59,636 bases of DNA, filler included, from an uncultured bacterium (GCA_964637655.1; 5 parts of 5 records of this genome joined end to end with filler, not necessarily neighbours in it); one strand, 5' to 3'; positions 26,037 through 36,009 are shown, numbered from the whole stretch's first letter. The notes: generated from the sequence alone by a model not told the origin. Program-made: numbers and translations.

Positions 26037-28919
26037 GTGACACCGACATTGGGAAATGAAACGCTGACGGTGCAGAATCCGCTGATCCGCTATGCGATGG
26101 AGATCGGCTGGCAGTATCTGCCGCAGGGGCAGGCGCTGGGCTACCGGCGTGGCGAGACGGGCTGGCTGCTCTATCCCGTGCTGGAACGCAAACTGCTCGA
26201 ATTGAATCCCGGCATCGTCTCGCCGGATACGGTTGGCGGGATTATCGAACGGATCGAGGCGGTGCGCATCAGTATCGAAGGAAATGCCGAGATCCTGGCG
26301 TGGCTGCGCGGTCAGCGCGGGGTGGCGGTGGCCGGCGAGAGCCGACAGCGGAATGTCACGCTGGTTGATTACGAGAACCCGCAGAACAATGTCTTTCAGG
26401 TGACGGATGAATGGCAGTTCACCAACGGCCAGTTTACCAATCGCGCCGATGTGCTGTTCCTGATCAACGGTGTGCCGGTGGCGTTGGTGGAAACGAAGAG
26501 CGCGGCACGCAAAGATGGCATGGACAACGCCCTGACGCAGGTTCAGCGTTATCATCGTGAAACGCCGGAAATGCTGGTGGCGCCGCAGGTGTTCGACATC
26601 ACGCATATCATCGATTTCTATTACGGCGCGACCTGGAGCACGGAACGCAAGAATCTGTTCAACTGGAAGGACGAGGAACCGGGCAATTTCGAGAAGAAGG
26701 TCAAGCGCTTTTTCGCCCGCGAGCGTTTCCTCAAAATGCTGGGCGAATGGATTGTGTTCTACATGCGCGACGATGAACTGCGCAAGATCATCCTGCGCCA
26801 GCATCAGACGCGCGCGGTGGAAAAAGTGGTGGAGCGCGCGCTCGATCCGGCGAAGAAGCGCGGCCTGATCTGGCACACCCAGGGGGCGGGCAAGACCTTC
26901 ACCATGATCTCCGCGGCGGAGCATCTGCTCAAGCATCCGGCCTTCGCCAAGCCGACGGTGATTATGCTGGTGGACCGCAACGAACTGGAAGGGCAGCTCT
27001 TTACCAATCTGACGGCCTACGGCATTACGCCGGAGGTGGCGACGAGCAAGTGGCGGCTGCGCGAACTGCTGCGCGACGATTATCGCGGTCTGATCGTTTC
27101 GATGATCCACAAATTCGACAAGGCGGATGCGGACCTGTGTGCGCGCGACAATGTGTTTATTCTCGTGGACGAGGCGCATCGCACTACGGGCGGCGATCTG
27201 GGCAACTATCTGCTGGCGGCGCTGCCCCACGCGACGCTGCTCGGGTTTACCGGCACGCCCATCGACAAGACGCAGTACGGCAAGGGGACGTTCAAAACCT
27301 TCGGCGTTGACGATGCGCCGCAGGGCTATACGGACAAATATTCAATCAGCGAATCCATTGCCGATGGCACCACGCTGAAACTCACCTATACGCTGGCGCC
27401 GAGCGAAATCCGCGTGCCGCGCGAATTGCTGGAAAAGGAGTTTCTGGCGCTGGCGGCGGCAGAGGGGGTGGCGGATATTGAGGAACTGAACCGCATCCTC
27501 GATGAGGCGGTCAATCTCAAGGCTTTTCTCAAGGCGGGCGACCGCATCGGGCAGGTGGCGAAATTCGTCGCGGACCATTATCGCAGCAGCGTGGAACCGC
27601 TGGGCTATAAGGCGTTTCTGGTCGGGGTTGATCGTGAGGCCTGCGCGCTCTACAAAAAGGCGCTGGACAAGCATTTGCCAGCCGACTATTCGACCGTGGT
27701 CTATACCGCCGCCCATAACGACAATGAACTGCTGGCGGAGTTTCATCTGGAGGAAACGCAGGAGAAGCAGGTGCGCAAGGCGTTTATCAAGCGCGACCAG
27801 CAGCCGAAGATTCTGATCGTCACGGAAAAACTGCTCACCGGTTTTGATGCGCCCATTCTCTACTGCATGTATCTCGACAAGCCGATGCGCGACCACACCC
27901 TGCTGCAGGCGATTGCGCGGGTCAATCGCCCGTACGAGGACGATAGCGGTATTGCCAAGCCGGAAGGACTGGTGGTCGATTTCGTTGGTATTTTCGAGCG
28001 GCTGGAAACGGCGCTGGCATTCGATTCGGACGAGGTGGCGAGCGTCATCCGCAACATTTCCGTGCTGAAAGACCGGTTTGCTGCGCTGATGGGCGCGGAG
28101 GCACAGGCGTATCTGGCGCTCTGCCGCGGTCCGCTTGACGACAAGGCGGTGGAACGGGTCATTGAAACCTTCGCTGATAAATCGGCGCGCGACACGTTCA
28201 TCCGCTGCTATCGCGAACTGGAAACGCTCTACGAAATCATTTCGCCGGACGCCTTCCTGCGCGACTATATCGCCGATTATACCAATCTGGCGATGCTCTA
28301 CCGCATTGTGCTGAACGCTTTTGGCCAGCGCACGCCGCTGTTGAAGGAGTTGATGCGGAAAACTGAGGCGCTGGTGCGGCAGCATACGACCATGACCGGG
28401 CTGGTGGCCACGCTGCCGGCGGTGACGATTGACGACAAGATGCTGCAGGCGCTCAAAGACGGCAAAGGGAAGGTAGCCGATGTGATCAATCTCGGACGCG
28501 CCCTGATGGGAAAAATAGGCGAGCAGGGTGAACAGGAGCCGTACCTGATTCCCATCGGTGAGCGGGCGGGAGCGGTGCTGGAGATGTACGATGACCGGCA
28601 ACTGACGACGCAAGAGGCATTACAGCGGCTGCAGGAACTGATGAATGAATATCTGGCAGCCCGCGCTGAACGCGAGCAGGCGGGTTTCAATACGCAGACC
28701 TTCACCATCTACTGGTTGCTCAAACAGGAGCAATTGCCGGAACCGGGCCAACTGGCGGAGCAGCTGGGCGCGGAGTTCGCGTGCTTCCCGCATTTCCGGG
28801 ATAATGTCGCGGAATTCCGGCAACTCAAGGCAGCGCTCTACAAGCAGTTGCTGCCGGCGGCGGGCAAGGACCGCATGCTGGGCATTGCGGAACGCCTGCT
28901 GAAACTGTACCGGAACTGA
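26037..28919 (+). CDS. hsdR: Type I restriction endonuclease subunit R
   Basis: RADVLFLINGVPVALVETK nuclease, WHTQGAGKT, DEAHR, GFTGTP, LLTGFDAP, QAIARVNR. Confidence 0.96.
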   Translation: MTPTLGNETLTVQNPLIRYAMEIGWQYLPQGQALGYRRGETGWLLYPVLERKLLELNPGIVSPDTVGGIIERIEAVRISIEGNAEILAWLRGQRGVAVAGESRQRNVTLVDYENPQNNVFQVTDEWQFTNGQFTNRADVLFLINGVPVALVETKSAARKDGMDNALTQVQRYHRETPEMLVAPQVFDITHIIDFYYGATWSTERKNLFNWKDEEPGNFEKKVKRFFARERFLKMLGEWIVFYMRDDELRKIILRQHQTRAVEKVVERALDPAKKRGLIWHTQGAGKTFTMISAAEHLLKHPAFAKPTVIMLVDRNELEGQLFTNLTAYGITPEVATSKWRLRELLRDDYRGLIVSMIHKFDKADADLCARDNVFILVDEAHRTTGGDLGNYLLAALPHATLLGFTGTPIDKTQYGKGTFKTFGVDDAPQGYTDKYSISESIADGTTLKLTYTLAPSEIRVPRELLEKEFLALAAAEGVADIEELNRILDEAVNLKAFLKAGDRIGQVAKFVADHYRSSVEPLGYKAFLVGVDREACALYKKALDKHLPADYSTVVYTAAHNDNELLAEFHLEETQEKQVRKAFIKRDQQPKILIVTEKLLTGFDAPILYCMYLDKPMRDHTLLQAIARVNRPYEDDSGIAKPEGLVVDFVGIFERLETALAFDSDEVASVIRNISVLKDRFAALMGAEAQAYLALCRGPLDDKAVERVIETFADKSARDTFIRCYRELETLYEIISPDAFLRDYIADYTNLAMLYRIVLNAFGQRTPLLKELMRKTEALVRQHTTMTGLVATLPAVTIDDKMLQALKDGKGKVADVINLGRALMGKIGEQGEQEPYLIPIGERAGAVLEMYDDRQLTTQEALQRLQELMNEYLAARAEREQAGFNTQTFTIYWLLKQEQLPEPGQLAEQLGAEFACFPHFRDNVAEFRQLKAALYKQLLPAAGKDRMLGIAERLLKLYRN

Positions 28920-28921
28920 GC

Positions 28922-29248
28922 ATGGCAGGTAAACGTGGTATAACCGGCGGGCAGTTGAAGGCGGAAATCCGCCAGTGGCTGACCCGCATCGGTTATCGCC
29001 CAAGCGGGGTCTATGTGCAGGCGATGAATAAGAAGTGGGCATCATGCTCGCGACGCGGGCGACTCTGTTTCAGTACCGATCTGCTGCGTGAGCCGCGCGC
29101 ATTTCGCGCGGTGGTGATCGTGCATGAAATCCTGCATCTGGAAATACCCAACCACGGGAAACTGTTCAAGGCAATGATGACCGCGCTGATTCCGGAGTGG
29201 GAGAAGGTTAGCAAAGGAAAGGCCGCCCGCTCCTGTGGGTTTCACTGA
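28922..29248 (+). CDS. Short M48/YgjP-like zinc metallopeptidase
   Basis: KWASCS..VIVHEILHL..NHGKLF; typical position after hsdR. Confidence 0.85.
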   Translation: MAGKRGITGGQLKAEIRQWLTRIGYRPSGVYVQAMNKKWASCSRRGRLCFSTDLLREPRAFRAVVIVHEILHLEIPNHGKLFKAMMTALIPEWEKVSKGKAARSCGFH

Positions 29249-29250
29249 CT

Positions 29251-30036
29251 ATGACCGTGCTGCGTTTTACCGGCTGTCGACTCTGCCGGAAAAAGAAACG
29301 ATGTGAAAAGAGTGATCTTCGCGCCTATGCTGCGGCGCAACCATGGGAAAAATACAAGACACTCAGCGTCAAATGTCCGGACCGCGATTCGGCCGCGAGC
29401 GCGCCTGATTTCTTCATTCCGAAACTGAGGATGGTAATCGAATTTAAAATGCTTACGCATCAGCAGTATCGCGGGGCGGTGTTCCATGACATACCGCTGA
29501 TGAGCATGATGATCAGGAAACTGAACCGGGTACAACCAAAGCGCCCGGCTGACTGGATACTGCATGCCGAAGACCTGACAATTCGGGAGCGAGCATTGCG
29601 GCAGATCAAACCGCGGGAATTGCGCGAGATGTTCCTGAAGGCCGAAAGACGTGGTCGTATGGGCGCTTTTGTGCCTGGCATCGGGCGGTTTATGGTAGTA
29701 AGATGGGGGGGAAGCAGGAATCCGGTCATAATGCTGGCGGGTGGCGGAAAGCCGCTGGTTTGCTGGATGCCCGGGGTCATCGAGACGGCATTACGTAGAC
29801 ATCTGGAAAAGGCGAATAGGCAAATCGGCGAAATGAAGGTGCGTGGTTTGCGGCGCGGTATAGCCGTGGTGCAACCGCGCTGGCCACTGGACGGGTATCC
29901 CAAGGAATTGCGCAGGGTTGCAACCGCACTGCGCAACGAGATTAGCGAGTGGTATAACATCGATGAAATCTGGCATCAGACACCGGACAATACATTTGGC
30001 AGATTGTATAAGCGGAACGCCGGAGGTGCTACGTGA
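29251..30036 (+). CDS. Hypothetical protein, possible PD-(D/E)xK nuclease
   Basis: CRLC..C N-terminus; APDFF-x7-IEFK; tightly coupled to neighbours. Confidence 0.5.
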   Translation: MTVLRFTGCRLCRKKKRCEKSDLRAYAAAQPWEKYKTLSVKCPDRDSAASAPDFFIPKLRMVIEFKMLTHQQYRGAVFHDIPLMSMMIRKLNRVQPKRPADWILHAEDLTIRERALRQIKPRELREMFLKAERRGRMGAFVPGIGRFMVVRWGGSRNPVIMLAGGGKPLVCWMPGVIETALRRHLEKANRQIGEMKVRGLRRGIAVVQPRWPLDGYPKELRRVATALRNEISEWYNIDEIWHQTPDNTFGRLYKRNAGGAT

Positions 30037-30449
30037 AAAGTTACAGACAGGTCATCACGCAGACGACGCGGCAGCGGGAGGCCATCGTCAACATCACGCG
30101 CGCGGTGGAACAGGCGGTGCGTGACAGCGGCATCCGCGAGGGGCTCTGCCTGGTGTTCCCGCACCATACCTCGTCGGCGGTGTTTCTCACCGACAGCGAC
30201 GAAGCGGTGGCGCTCGACCTCGCGGACGTGCTGAAGCAATGCGCCCCGTGCGGCGCGGGCTACCGCCACGACGAGAACGACCACAAGCGGAACGCGGACG
30301 GGCATATCAAGGCGGCCATGCTCGGGCATCATATCTGCCTGCCCGTCACGGGCGGGCGGCTCGATTTCGGCGCCTACCAGACGGTGTACTACGCGGAGTT
30401 CGACGGGCAGCGCCCGAAGGAAATCCTCATCAAACTTATCGGCGACTGA
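30033..30449 (+). CDS. yjbQ: YjbQ/UPF0047 family protein
   Basis: HHTSSAV..YRHDE..NADGHIKA..LDFGAYQTVYYAEFDGQR. Confidence 0.88.
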   Translation: MKSYRQVITQTTRQREAIVNITRAVEQAVRDSGIREGLCLVFPHHTSSAVFLTDSDEAVALDLADVLKQCAPCGAGYRHDENDHKRNADGHIKAAMLGHHICLPVTGGRLDFGAYQTVYYAEFDGQRPKEILIKLIGD

Positions 30450-30450
30450 C

Positions 30451-31485
30451 TTACGCCGGCTTGCAGGCGCGTGCCTGCAGCACGGTGAGCGTGACGATGT
30501 CGGCGAACGAGGTGACGGCGGCCATGACGTCGAAGGTTACCTGTCCCTCGCCCGGCAGCGGCGCGACCGTGATGACCCCGATGACTTTCCCCTGCGCGCG
30601 CAGCGGCACGCAGGCGTACTGCGTGGCATAGGTCTTGCCCGGCTGCGGGTTGACCTGCGCCTCGCGGAAGGCGGGGTCGGCGCTGCGGTCGGTGCAGATG
30701 ATGGTCTCGCCGCGCGCGGCACAGCGCCCGATGGCGGTGCGCACATCGTCGCCGATGATGTCGGCCACCGGGCAGGCACTCGACTGGATGTAGTCGTCGG
30801 GCAGTCCGTGGGCGGCGACCCCGCGCACGCTTTTTCCGTCGTCGCTGAGCAGCCCGACGGTACAGCGGGAAAAACCGATGTGGGTGGCGATATCGGCGCA
30901 CAGTCCGTGCAGCTGCGCGGAGAAGTCGCTGGTGGTGAGCACGCTGCGGCACATGGCCAGCGCCATCTCGGCGCGGGCGCGTTCGCGCGCGAGGCGTTCG
31001 CGCAGCTGCGCCTGGGTGACGACGAGCGCGGCGGCGGCGGCGAAGCGGCGGGCGGTGTCGAGATGGCTCTCGGTGAAGCGCTCGGCCTCACCCGCATAGA
31101 GACAGATGACCCCGCGCCCGAGGGGGAGCGGGAACGGTACGGCAATGAGCGCCTGGATGAAGCTGCGGTCGTCGAGCGGGCGGAAACGCGGGTCCTGGCG
31201 CACGCTGTTGTGCAGCACCGGTTCCCCCTGTTTCGCCACCCACCCCGCCACCCCCTCGCCCGGGGCGAGTTCGCGCCCGAGCGCAGCGCTGCCGCTGCGC
31301 CACCACGCGTACTGCACGACCAGCGCGCCGTTGTCGCGCGGCAGCAGCAGCGAGGCACCGTCGGCGCGGCAGAGTTCGCCGGCGGCATGCACGATGCGGT
31401 CGGGGAGCTGCGCGGTATCATCGATGGTGAGGATGGACGTCAGCAGGTCGATGGCGGTTGCCGCGGGCATATCGTTGATGGTCAT
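30451..31485 (-). CDS. Tandem GAF-domain protein without output domain
   Basis: GEGVAGWVA..DPRF..AVP..FTESHL and a second GAF (CVPLRAQGKVIGVI). Start at MTIND after GGAGGG. Confidence 0.8.
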   Translation of the reverse strand: MTINDMPAATAIDLLTSILTIDDTAQLPDRIVHAAGELCRADGASLLLPRDNGALVVQYAWWRSGSAALGRELAPGEGVAGWVAKQGEPVLHNSVRQDPRFRPLDDRSFIQALIAVPFPLPLGRGVICLYAGEAERFTESHLDTARRFAAAAALVVTQAQLRERLARERARAEMALAMCRSVLTTSDFSAQLHGLCADIATHIGFSRCTVGLLSDDGKSVRGVAAHGLPDDYIQSSACPVADIIGDDVRTAIGRCAARGETIICTDRSADPAFREAQVNPQPGKTYATQYACVPLRAQGKVIGVITVAPLPGEGQVTFDVMAAVTSFADIVTLTVLQARACKPA

Positions 31486-31596
31486 GGCGTTCCCTCCGGG
31501 GCAAGTATAGCATATCGCGCGGCGGACGGGGCAAGCGCTTGCCAAGGTGTCCGCCATAATCTACCCTGCCGGCAGCACAGGACGCGAGGTGAAGCG

Positions 31597-32676
31597 ATGG
31601 CTGACGCAGGGCGTATTCCGGCAGCACAACTCGGGGAGTTCATGGCGGACGTGTTTGTCGCCTGCGGGGTGCCCGCGGCGGACGCGCGCATCATCAGTGA
31701 CGTGCTGCTGGCGGCAGACCTGCGCGGCATCGATTCGCACGGGGTCAACCGGCTCAAGCCCGTCTATTACGACCGGCTGCGCGCGGGAAAAATCTCCCCG
31801 CTGACCGCACCCGAAACGGTGCGCGAGGGCCCGACGACCGCGGTCATCGACGGGAAATTCGGCATGGGGCACGTCATCGCGCACCGCGCGATGGAACTCG
31901 CCATCGCCAAGGCGAAACAGTACGGGCTGGGCGCGGTGGCGGTGCGCAACTCGACGCATTTCGGCATCGCCGGCTCCTACGCGCTGCAGGCGGTGGACGC
32001 GGGCATGCTCGGGTTCGTCACCACCAACGCGCGCCCCTCCATCGCCCCGACCTTCGGGGTGGAAAACATGCTCGGCACCAACCCGCTCACTTTCGGCATC
32101 CCCACGGACGAGGATTTTCCCTTTCTGCTCGACTGCGCCACTTCGATCACCCAGCGCGGCAAAATCGAGGAGTGGGAGCGCGAGGGGAAGACGACGCGGG
32201 CGGGACTGGTGACCGGGACGCAGGGGGAGGAACGCACTGACACGGCGGGCATCCTGCGCGACCTGGTGTCGGGCGACGCGGCGCTGCTCCCGGTCGGCGG
32301 CGCCGGCGAGGCGTATGCCGGCTACAAGGGCTACGGCTACGCCACGGTGGCGGAAATCCTCTCGTCGGCGCTGCAAAGCGGTTTCTTTCTCAAGCAGGTG
32401 ACGGGGATGAATGTCGGGCATTTCTTTCTCGCCATGGACGTGGCGGCGTTTGCCGACCCGGTGGCATTCCGCCGGCAGGTAGGGGACGAACTGCGCGCGC
32501 TGCGCGCGGCGAAAAAGGCGCCCGGGGCGGCGCGCATCTGGACGGCGGGCGAAAAGGAATACGAGGCGCTGCAGGAACGCTCCCGCCTGGGCATCCCGGT
32601 CAACGCCAGCATTATCGCCGACCTGCGCACCATGCGCGACGAACTGGCCCTGCCGCACCGCTTCCCGTTTGATTGA
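31597..32676 (+). CDS. Ldh_2-family (malate/L-lactate-type) oxidoreductase
   Basis: ADLRGIDSHG, RNSTHFGIAG, GTNPL, GYKGYG. Confidence 0.92.
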   Translation: MADAGRIPAAQLGEFMADVFVACGVPAADARIISDVLLAADLRGIDSHGVNRLKPVYYDRLRAGKISPLTAPETVREGPTTAVIDGKFGMGHVIAHRAMELAIAKAKQYGLGAVAVRNSTHFGIAGSYALQAVDAGMLGFVTTNARPSIAPTFGVENMLGTNPLTFGIPTDEDFPFLLDCATSITQRGKIEEWEREGKTTRAGLVTGTQGEERTDTAGILRDLVSGDAALLPVGGAGEAYAGYKGYGYATVAEILSSALQSGFFLKQVTGMNVGHFFLAMDVAAFADPVAFRRQVGDELRALRAAKKAPGAARIWTAGEKEYEALQERSRLGIPVNASIIADLRTMRDELALPHRFPFD

Positions 32677-32750
32677 CCGCCGCGTAACTGCTACAATGTA
32701 CTGCCGGTGACGGGCGCAGCCCGCACCTGAATACCACAAGGGGGAACCTT

Positions 32751-34166
32751 ATGAAACTGATGGCGCTGCTGCTGGTGCTGCTGACGCTGGCCCTGCCTGC
32801 AGGGGCGGATGACGCGGTGACCATTCCCGGAGAGGTGACGACCATCGCCTTCGGCGAGGATGCGGCGGTAACGGTGCCGGCGGAGAGCGCCAGCTGGTAC
32901 AAGGTCTATGTCGAGGGGTCGGGCAATCTCGACCTGACGCTGCGCGGTGAGGGCGCCACGGCGGTCAAGATGGATATCTTCCGCGAAAACGGCGAGCAGC
33001 TCGGCAGCGGGGCGGCGGCGGACGGCGTGGTGGCGGCGCAGGTCGACGCCAACCGCGACTACTGGTTTTTCATCCGGCTCACCCCCACGGGGAGCGAGAC
33101 GGCGGAACTGACGCTGCACACGGCGCTGGCGGAGCCGGGCCCGGAATTCACCGTGCCGGCGGACGCGACGACGCTCTCTTTCGACGAGCGCACGGAAGGG
33201 ACGGTGACGGACGGCGGTGAACAGTGGTACACGCTGGCGGTGCCCGCGTCGGCGGCAGGCGACTATCTGGTCATCGACCTGGAAGGCAAAACCGAAACGC
33301 TCGACCTCGACCTGATTATGACCGATGTCGAGGGGCGGGTGCTGGCCAAGTCGGAATCGACGCGCCCGCACGAGCGCGCGACGGCGCAGGTGCCCGACAA
33401 CCGGCAGGTGGCGGTCCGGGTCTACGTCTATCGTGCGTCCGACGCGGAAGGCACGGCCGGCGACGCGGCATACGTGCTGCGTGCCTACACGGCGGCGGAG
33501 CAGCCGTCGGGCACCTACGCGCCCAACCTGCCGGCGGAATTCACCGCGGTGGAACCGGGACAGACGGTGGACGGCAGCGCCAGCGGCGCCCCGCAGTGGT
33601 ACCGTTATCACATCGAGGAGCGGGGCAACCTGCGCGTGACGTTTTCCGGCGAGGGGTGCGAAGTGGCGCTCTTTGTCGAGGACGGCAGCGAGGTGTTCAG
33701 CGGCACGGCGGGTGCGGAGGAGCTGCACCTGCGCGGTGATGCCAACCGCTTTACGGATTTCTACCTGCGGGTCGGCGGCCGCGGTGATTTCGCTTTCAGC
33801 GGGGCGCTGGTGACCGGCGATTTCGTCGAATTGCCGCAGAGCTACAGCAGCATCACTCCGGGCCAGGATGTGCACGGCGCACTGCGCGAGGAAATCTGGT
33901 TCAGGTTTGTCGCCCCGCAGACGGGCTACGCCCTGTTCGCCTTCGACAGCACGGCGGACACGGAGAGTGACATCGACCTCGCGCTGGTGAGCCCTGAGGG
34001 GCTGGTGCTGGCCAAGGCGGAAACGACGAAGGCGCGTGAAGCGCTGCTGCTCGATGTCGAGCAGGGGCAGACGTACTTCGTGCGGGTCTACCCGTACCGG
34101 CAGCTCGAGCAGGCGGCGGAATTCGTGCTCTGGGTGCAGACGCTGGAGCGCAAACTGCCGCGGTAG
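32751..34166 (+). CDS. Secreted protein with tandem PPC-like beta-sandwich repeats
   Basis: Signal peptide; repeated WY/WF..DLDL..G..LA..YF/YV.RV units. Confidence 0.65.
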   Translation: MKLMALLLVLLTLALPAGADDAVTIPGEVTTIAFGEDAAVTVPAESASWYKVYVEGSGNLDLTLRGEGATAVKMDIFRENGEQLGSGAAADGVVAAQVDANRDYWFFIRLTPTGSETAELTLHTALAEPGPEFTVPADATTLSFDERTEGTVTDGGEQWYTLAVPASAAGDYLVIDLEGKTETLDLDLIMTDVEGRVLAKSESTRPHERATAQVPDNRQVAVRVYVYRASDAEGTAGDAAYVLRAYTAAEQPSGTYAPNLPAEFTAVEPGQTVDGSASGAPQWYRYHIEERGNLRVTFSGEGCEVALFVEDGSEVFSGTAGAEELHLRGDANRFTDFYLRVGGRGDFAFSGALVTGDFVELPQSYSSITPGQDVHGALREEIWFRFVAPQTGYALFAFDSTADTESDIDLALVSPEGLVLAKAETTKAREALLLDVEQGQTYFVRVYPYRQLEQAAEFVLWVQTLERKLPR

Positions 34167-34167
34167 G

Positions 34168-34746
34168 GTGACGGAACGCGATGCGTACGCCGGCATCGCT
34201 GCGGCCTATGCCGCGCGCAACGCCGGCGCCGACCTGACGGCGACGTACGACCGGCTGGCGGCGGTGCTGCCGCCGCCGGCGCGGCTGCTCGATGTCGGCT
34301 GCGGCACGGGGCGTGACGCGGCGGCGCTGCGCGCCCGCGGCTACATGGTGTGCGGTATCGACCGTTCAGCAGCGATGCTGCGGCAGGCACCCGGGTCGCT
34401 GCGCGGCGCACTGGCGGTGGCTGATGCGCGGGCGCTGCCGGTCGCGGCCGGCAGTAGTGACGGGGTACTGGCGGTGGCATCGCTGCTGCATCTGCCGAAG
34501 GCGGCGCTTCCTGCCGCGCTCGGCGAATTGCGGCGGGTCGTGCGCCCGCGGGGCATCGTGCTCGTCTCGCTCAAGTGCGGGACGGGTGAGGAAACGGAAA
34601 CGGCCGCCTACGGGGTGCCGCGGTTCTACGCCTATTACACAGCGGCGGAACTGCAGGCGTACCTGGCGGCGGCAGCGCTGACGGTCATCGACCTTGGCGC
34701 GGACGCGCAGTGGCTGACCGCGGTAGCGGAGCGCGGCGCGGAATAA
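34168..34746 (+). CDS. Class I SAM-dependent methyltransferase
   Basis: LLDVGCGTGRD, ASLLHLPK, LRRVVRPRG. Confidence 0.88.
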   Translation: MTERDAYAGIAAAYAARNAGADLTATYDRLAAVLPPPARLLDVGCGTGRDAAALRARGYMVCGIDRSAAMLRQAPGSLRGALAVADARALPVAAGSSDGVLAVASLLHLPKAALPAALGELRRVVRPRGIVLVSLKCGTGEETETAAYGVPRFYAYYTAAELQAYLAAAALTVIDLGADAQWLTAVAERGAE

Positions 34747-34763
34747 GACGAAGGAGAAGAACA

Positions 34764-35639
34764 GTGAACATTGTCGGACTGGCAGCAACGGTGGCAGCAG
34801 TATGGTGGCTGGGCAGGCACACGCAGGGGGCGCTGGCGCTTCCGGTTTTCCTCAAGGTGGCGGGACTGACGCTGGCGGCGACGGTGGCCGCATTCGGGGC
34901 AAAGCGCCCGCTCGACGCGCTGGTGGCGCTCTTTGCGCCCGCGGACAAGCTCGGGCGTGGCGTGCTGGAAGGCGCGCGGCGCGCCTTCAGCGGCATGGCG
35001 CAACTGGCCGCGGCGGCGGGCGTGGTGGTGGCGCTGCTGACGTATGTGCGCGGCGGTGAGCAGGCGCTGACGGGTGCGCTCGGGGCACTGGCGTACGGCG
35101 CTATTCTCGGCGGGATCATTTTCCTGCCGCTGGCGCTGATGCTTGGCGCGCGCTCGGCGGAGATGTTCGGCGGGCGGCGGTTCGAGCAGGACGGGCGGCG
35201 CGATGAGCGTCGTGACCGGCAGCAGCAACAGCAGCGCCCGCAGGGGCAGTCGCGTCCGCAGCAGCCGCAAGCGCAGTCGAACCGGCAGCAGAATCAGCCG
35301 CAGCAGAATCAGAACCAGCAGAATCAGCCGCGCGGAGAACAGCCGCGTGAGGGCGGGGGGCGGCGTAACCGCAACCGGCGCAACCGCGACCGCAACCGCG
35401 AAGACCGCGGTGAGCGTGGCGAGCGCAGCGAACGCGGCGAGCGCAGTGAGCGCGAGGAACGTCCGGCGGGCGGCAGCGATGCCGCGGCGCTGGCCGCGGC
35501 GGCGGCCGCCATGGGCGCCCCGGCGGTAGCGGCGGCCGCCCCGGTGTCGACTCCGGCCCCGGCATCGTTCAGCCCGGCGCCCTCGACGCTGGCCACGAAG
35601 ACGGCCGCGGGCAATGCCATGACGCCGCTGGAGGATTGA
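34764..35639 (+). CDS. MotA/PomA-like membrane domain fused to a Q/N/R/E-rich disordered tail
   Basis: SD AAGGAG plus GTG; four hydrophobic segments; LAYGAILGGIIFLPLALMLGARS resembles MotA/PomA TM4. Confidence 0.5.
   Translation: MNIVGLAATVAAVWWLGRHTQGALALPVFLKVAGLTLAATVAAFGAKRPLDALVALFAPADKLGRGVLEGARRAFSGMAQLAAAAGVVVALLTYVRGGEQALTGALGALAYGAILGGIIFLPLALMLGARSAEMFGGRRFEQDGRRDERRDRQQQQQRPQGQSRPQQPQAQSNRQQNQPQQNQNQQNQPRGEQPREGGGRRNRNRRNRDRNREDRGERGERSERGERSEREERPAGGSDAAALAAAAAAMGAPAVAAAAPVSTPAPASFSPAPSTLATKTAAGNAMTPLED
35286..35330 (+). repeat. 3 x 15-bp coding tandem repeat (QQNQP/N)
   Basis: CAGCAGAATCAG(CCG/AAC) three times. Confidence 0.85.
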
Positions 35640-36009
35640 ACCGGATGACCGGAACGCGCGTCGCGGCTGACGCCGCGGCGCGCCGCCGCTCGCTGCTGCG
35701 GGCGGTCTGGACCCTCTGCACGGCGGGCGTGGCGCTGCTGCTCACTGTCGGGGGACTGGTGGCGCTCGGGCGGATGGAACAGGCCGCGACGGGCCAGCTG
35801 GCGCGGTTGCATGACGAGGCGCGGCAGGGAATGCGGCTGGCCATCGAGCGGCAGGCGGCGCGGCTGCTGCAGCCGGTGCTTATCGTGCAGGCCGCGCGCG
35901 TCGCTGACGACCTGCAGCGCCTGACCCGGGGCGAGAATCCGGCGGCACTCTTCGGCCCCCTGCCGGCGACAGCCGGCGAAACCTTCACCCTGCACCTGCG
36001 CGGCGGGAT
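35636..36009 (+). CDS. Membrane-anchored protein (possible sensor), 3' truncated
   Basis: N-terminal TM helix; runs into the gap. Confidence 0.4.

Noticed and set aside
30808..31596. 263-aa N-terminal extension of the Ldh_2 ORF
   Set aside because: It overlaps the GAF gene antisense; the real start is ATG 31597 after GAGGTG.
34764..36009. Zorya (ZorAB) system
   Set aside because: The tail is low-complexity and disordered rather than a long helical rod, and no MotB/OmpA-domain partner is visible.
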